NCBI GenBank assembly: GCA_951406725.2
Contig: OX597832.1
Span: forward strand, 63,674,001-63,738,000
Length of the DNA: 64,000 nt
Reading direction: 5' to 3'
Origin: Octopus vulgaris
Taxonomy: Eukaryota
Part shown: positions 63,833 through 64,000 of the stretch, piece by piece
Numbering within the stretch: the first letter of the stretch is position 1
How the letters are laid out: each line of letters starts with the position of its first letter
Translations under genes and position numbers: made by a program
The notes under the pieces: generated by a model
Told to the model about the DNA's origin: nothing
What the model saw: only the letters and a program-made list of their open reading frames with translations
Database searches by the model: none

Positions 63833-64000
63833 CGAGGGGGTACCCAAAAGAACCCAGAATTTTGCAATATTATTTTGTTCACTTAGTTTTACATGTTTAT
63901 ACGTTTACTGACTTCAAAGTATTCTCCGTTTGAAGCAATGCATTGGTCCAAAGGTGTTTTCCACTATTTGAAGCAGTACTGAGACTCTTGCAAAGTGATG
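63833..64000 (-). mobile_element. mariner element 3' end (continues past the window)
   Basis: Terminus CGAGGGG; translation ITLQESQYCFK*WKTPLDQCIASNGEYFE matches the mariner C-terminus. Confidence 0.8.

Overview
AT-rich, microsatellite-saturated animal genomic DNA. The SINE families and repeat landscape look like a coleoid cephalopod, most likely Octopus (recognition, not verified). One protein-coding gene can be assembled on the minus strand from three phase-compatible exons (63104-63269, 41498-41641, 39221-39588; 678 nt, 225 aa; introns of 21.5 kb and 1.9 kb). It is an uncharacterised protein that from memory resembles the animal DUF7153 family. Almost all ORFs in the supplied track are microsatellite or repeat artefacts. 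The rest is transposon debris: tRNA-derived SINEs, Penelope-like elements (PLE; RT and GIY-YIG fragments), CRE-, R4/Dong-, RTE- and CR1/Jockey-type LINE remnants, Tc1/mariner fossils, Helitrons, a HINE/Helentron-like element, and hAT and piggyBac MITEs with intact TSDs. The most striking signal is a set of at least six minimal type-I hammerhead ribozyme motifs in PLE-like termini. They include three different 3-8 core pairs: canonical C3-G8, U3-A8, and a G3-C8 swap present twice in a 135-bp-arm palindrome inserted in the gene's first intron. Also notable are three long fold-back hairpins in the putative transcription unit and an apparent CpG-content boundary near 11.8 kb, flanked by CRE/E-box, CTCF and ETS motifs. 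Coordinates of degenerate repeats are approximate.
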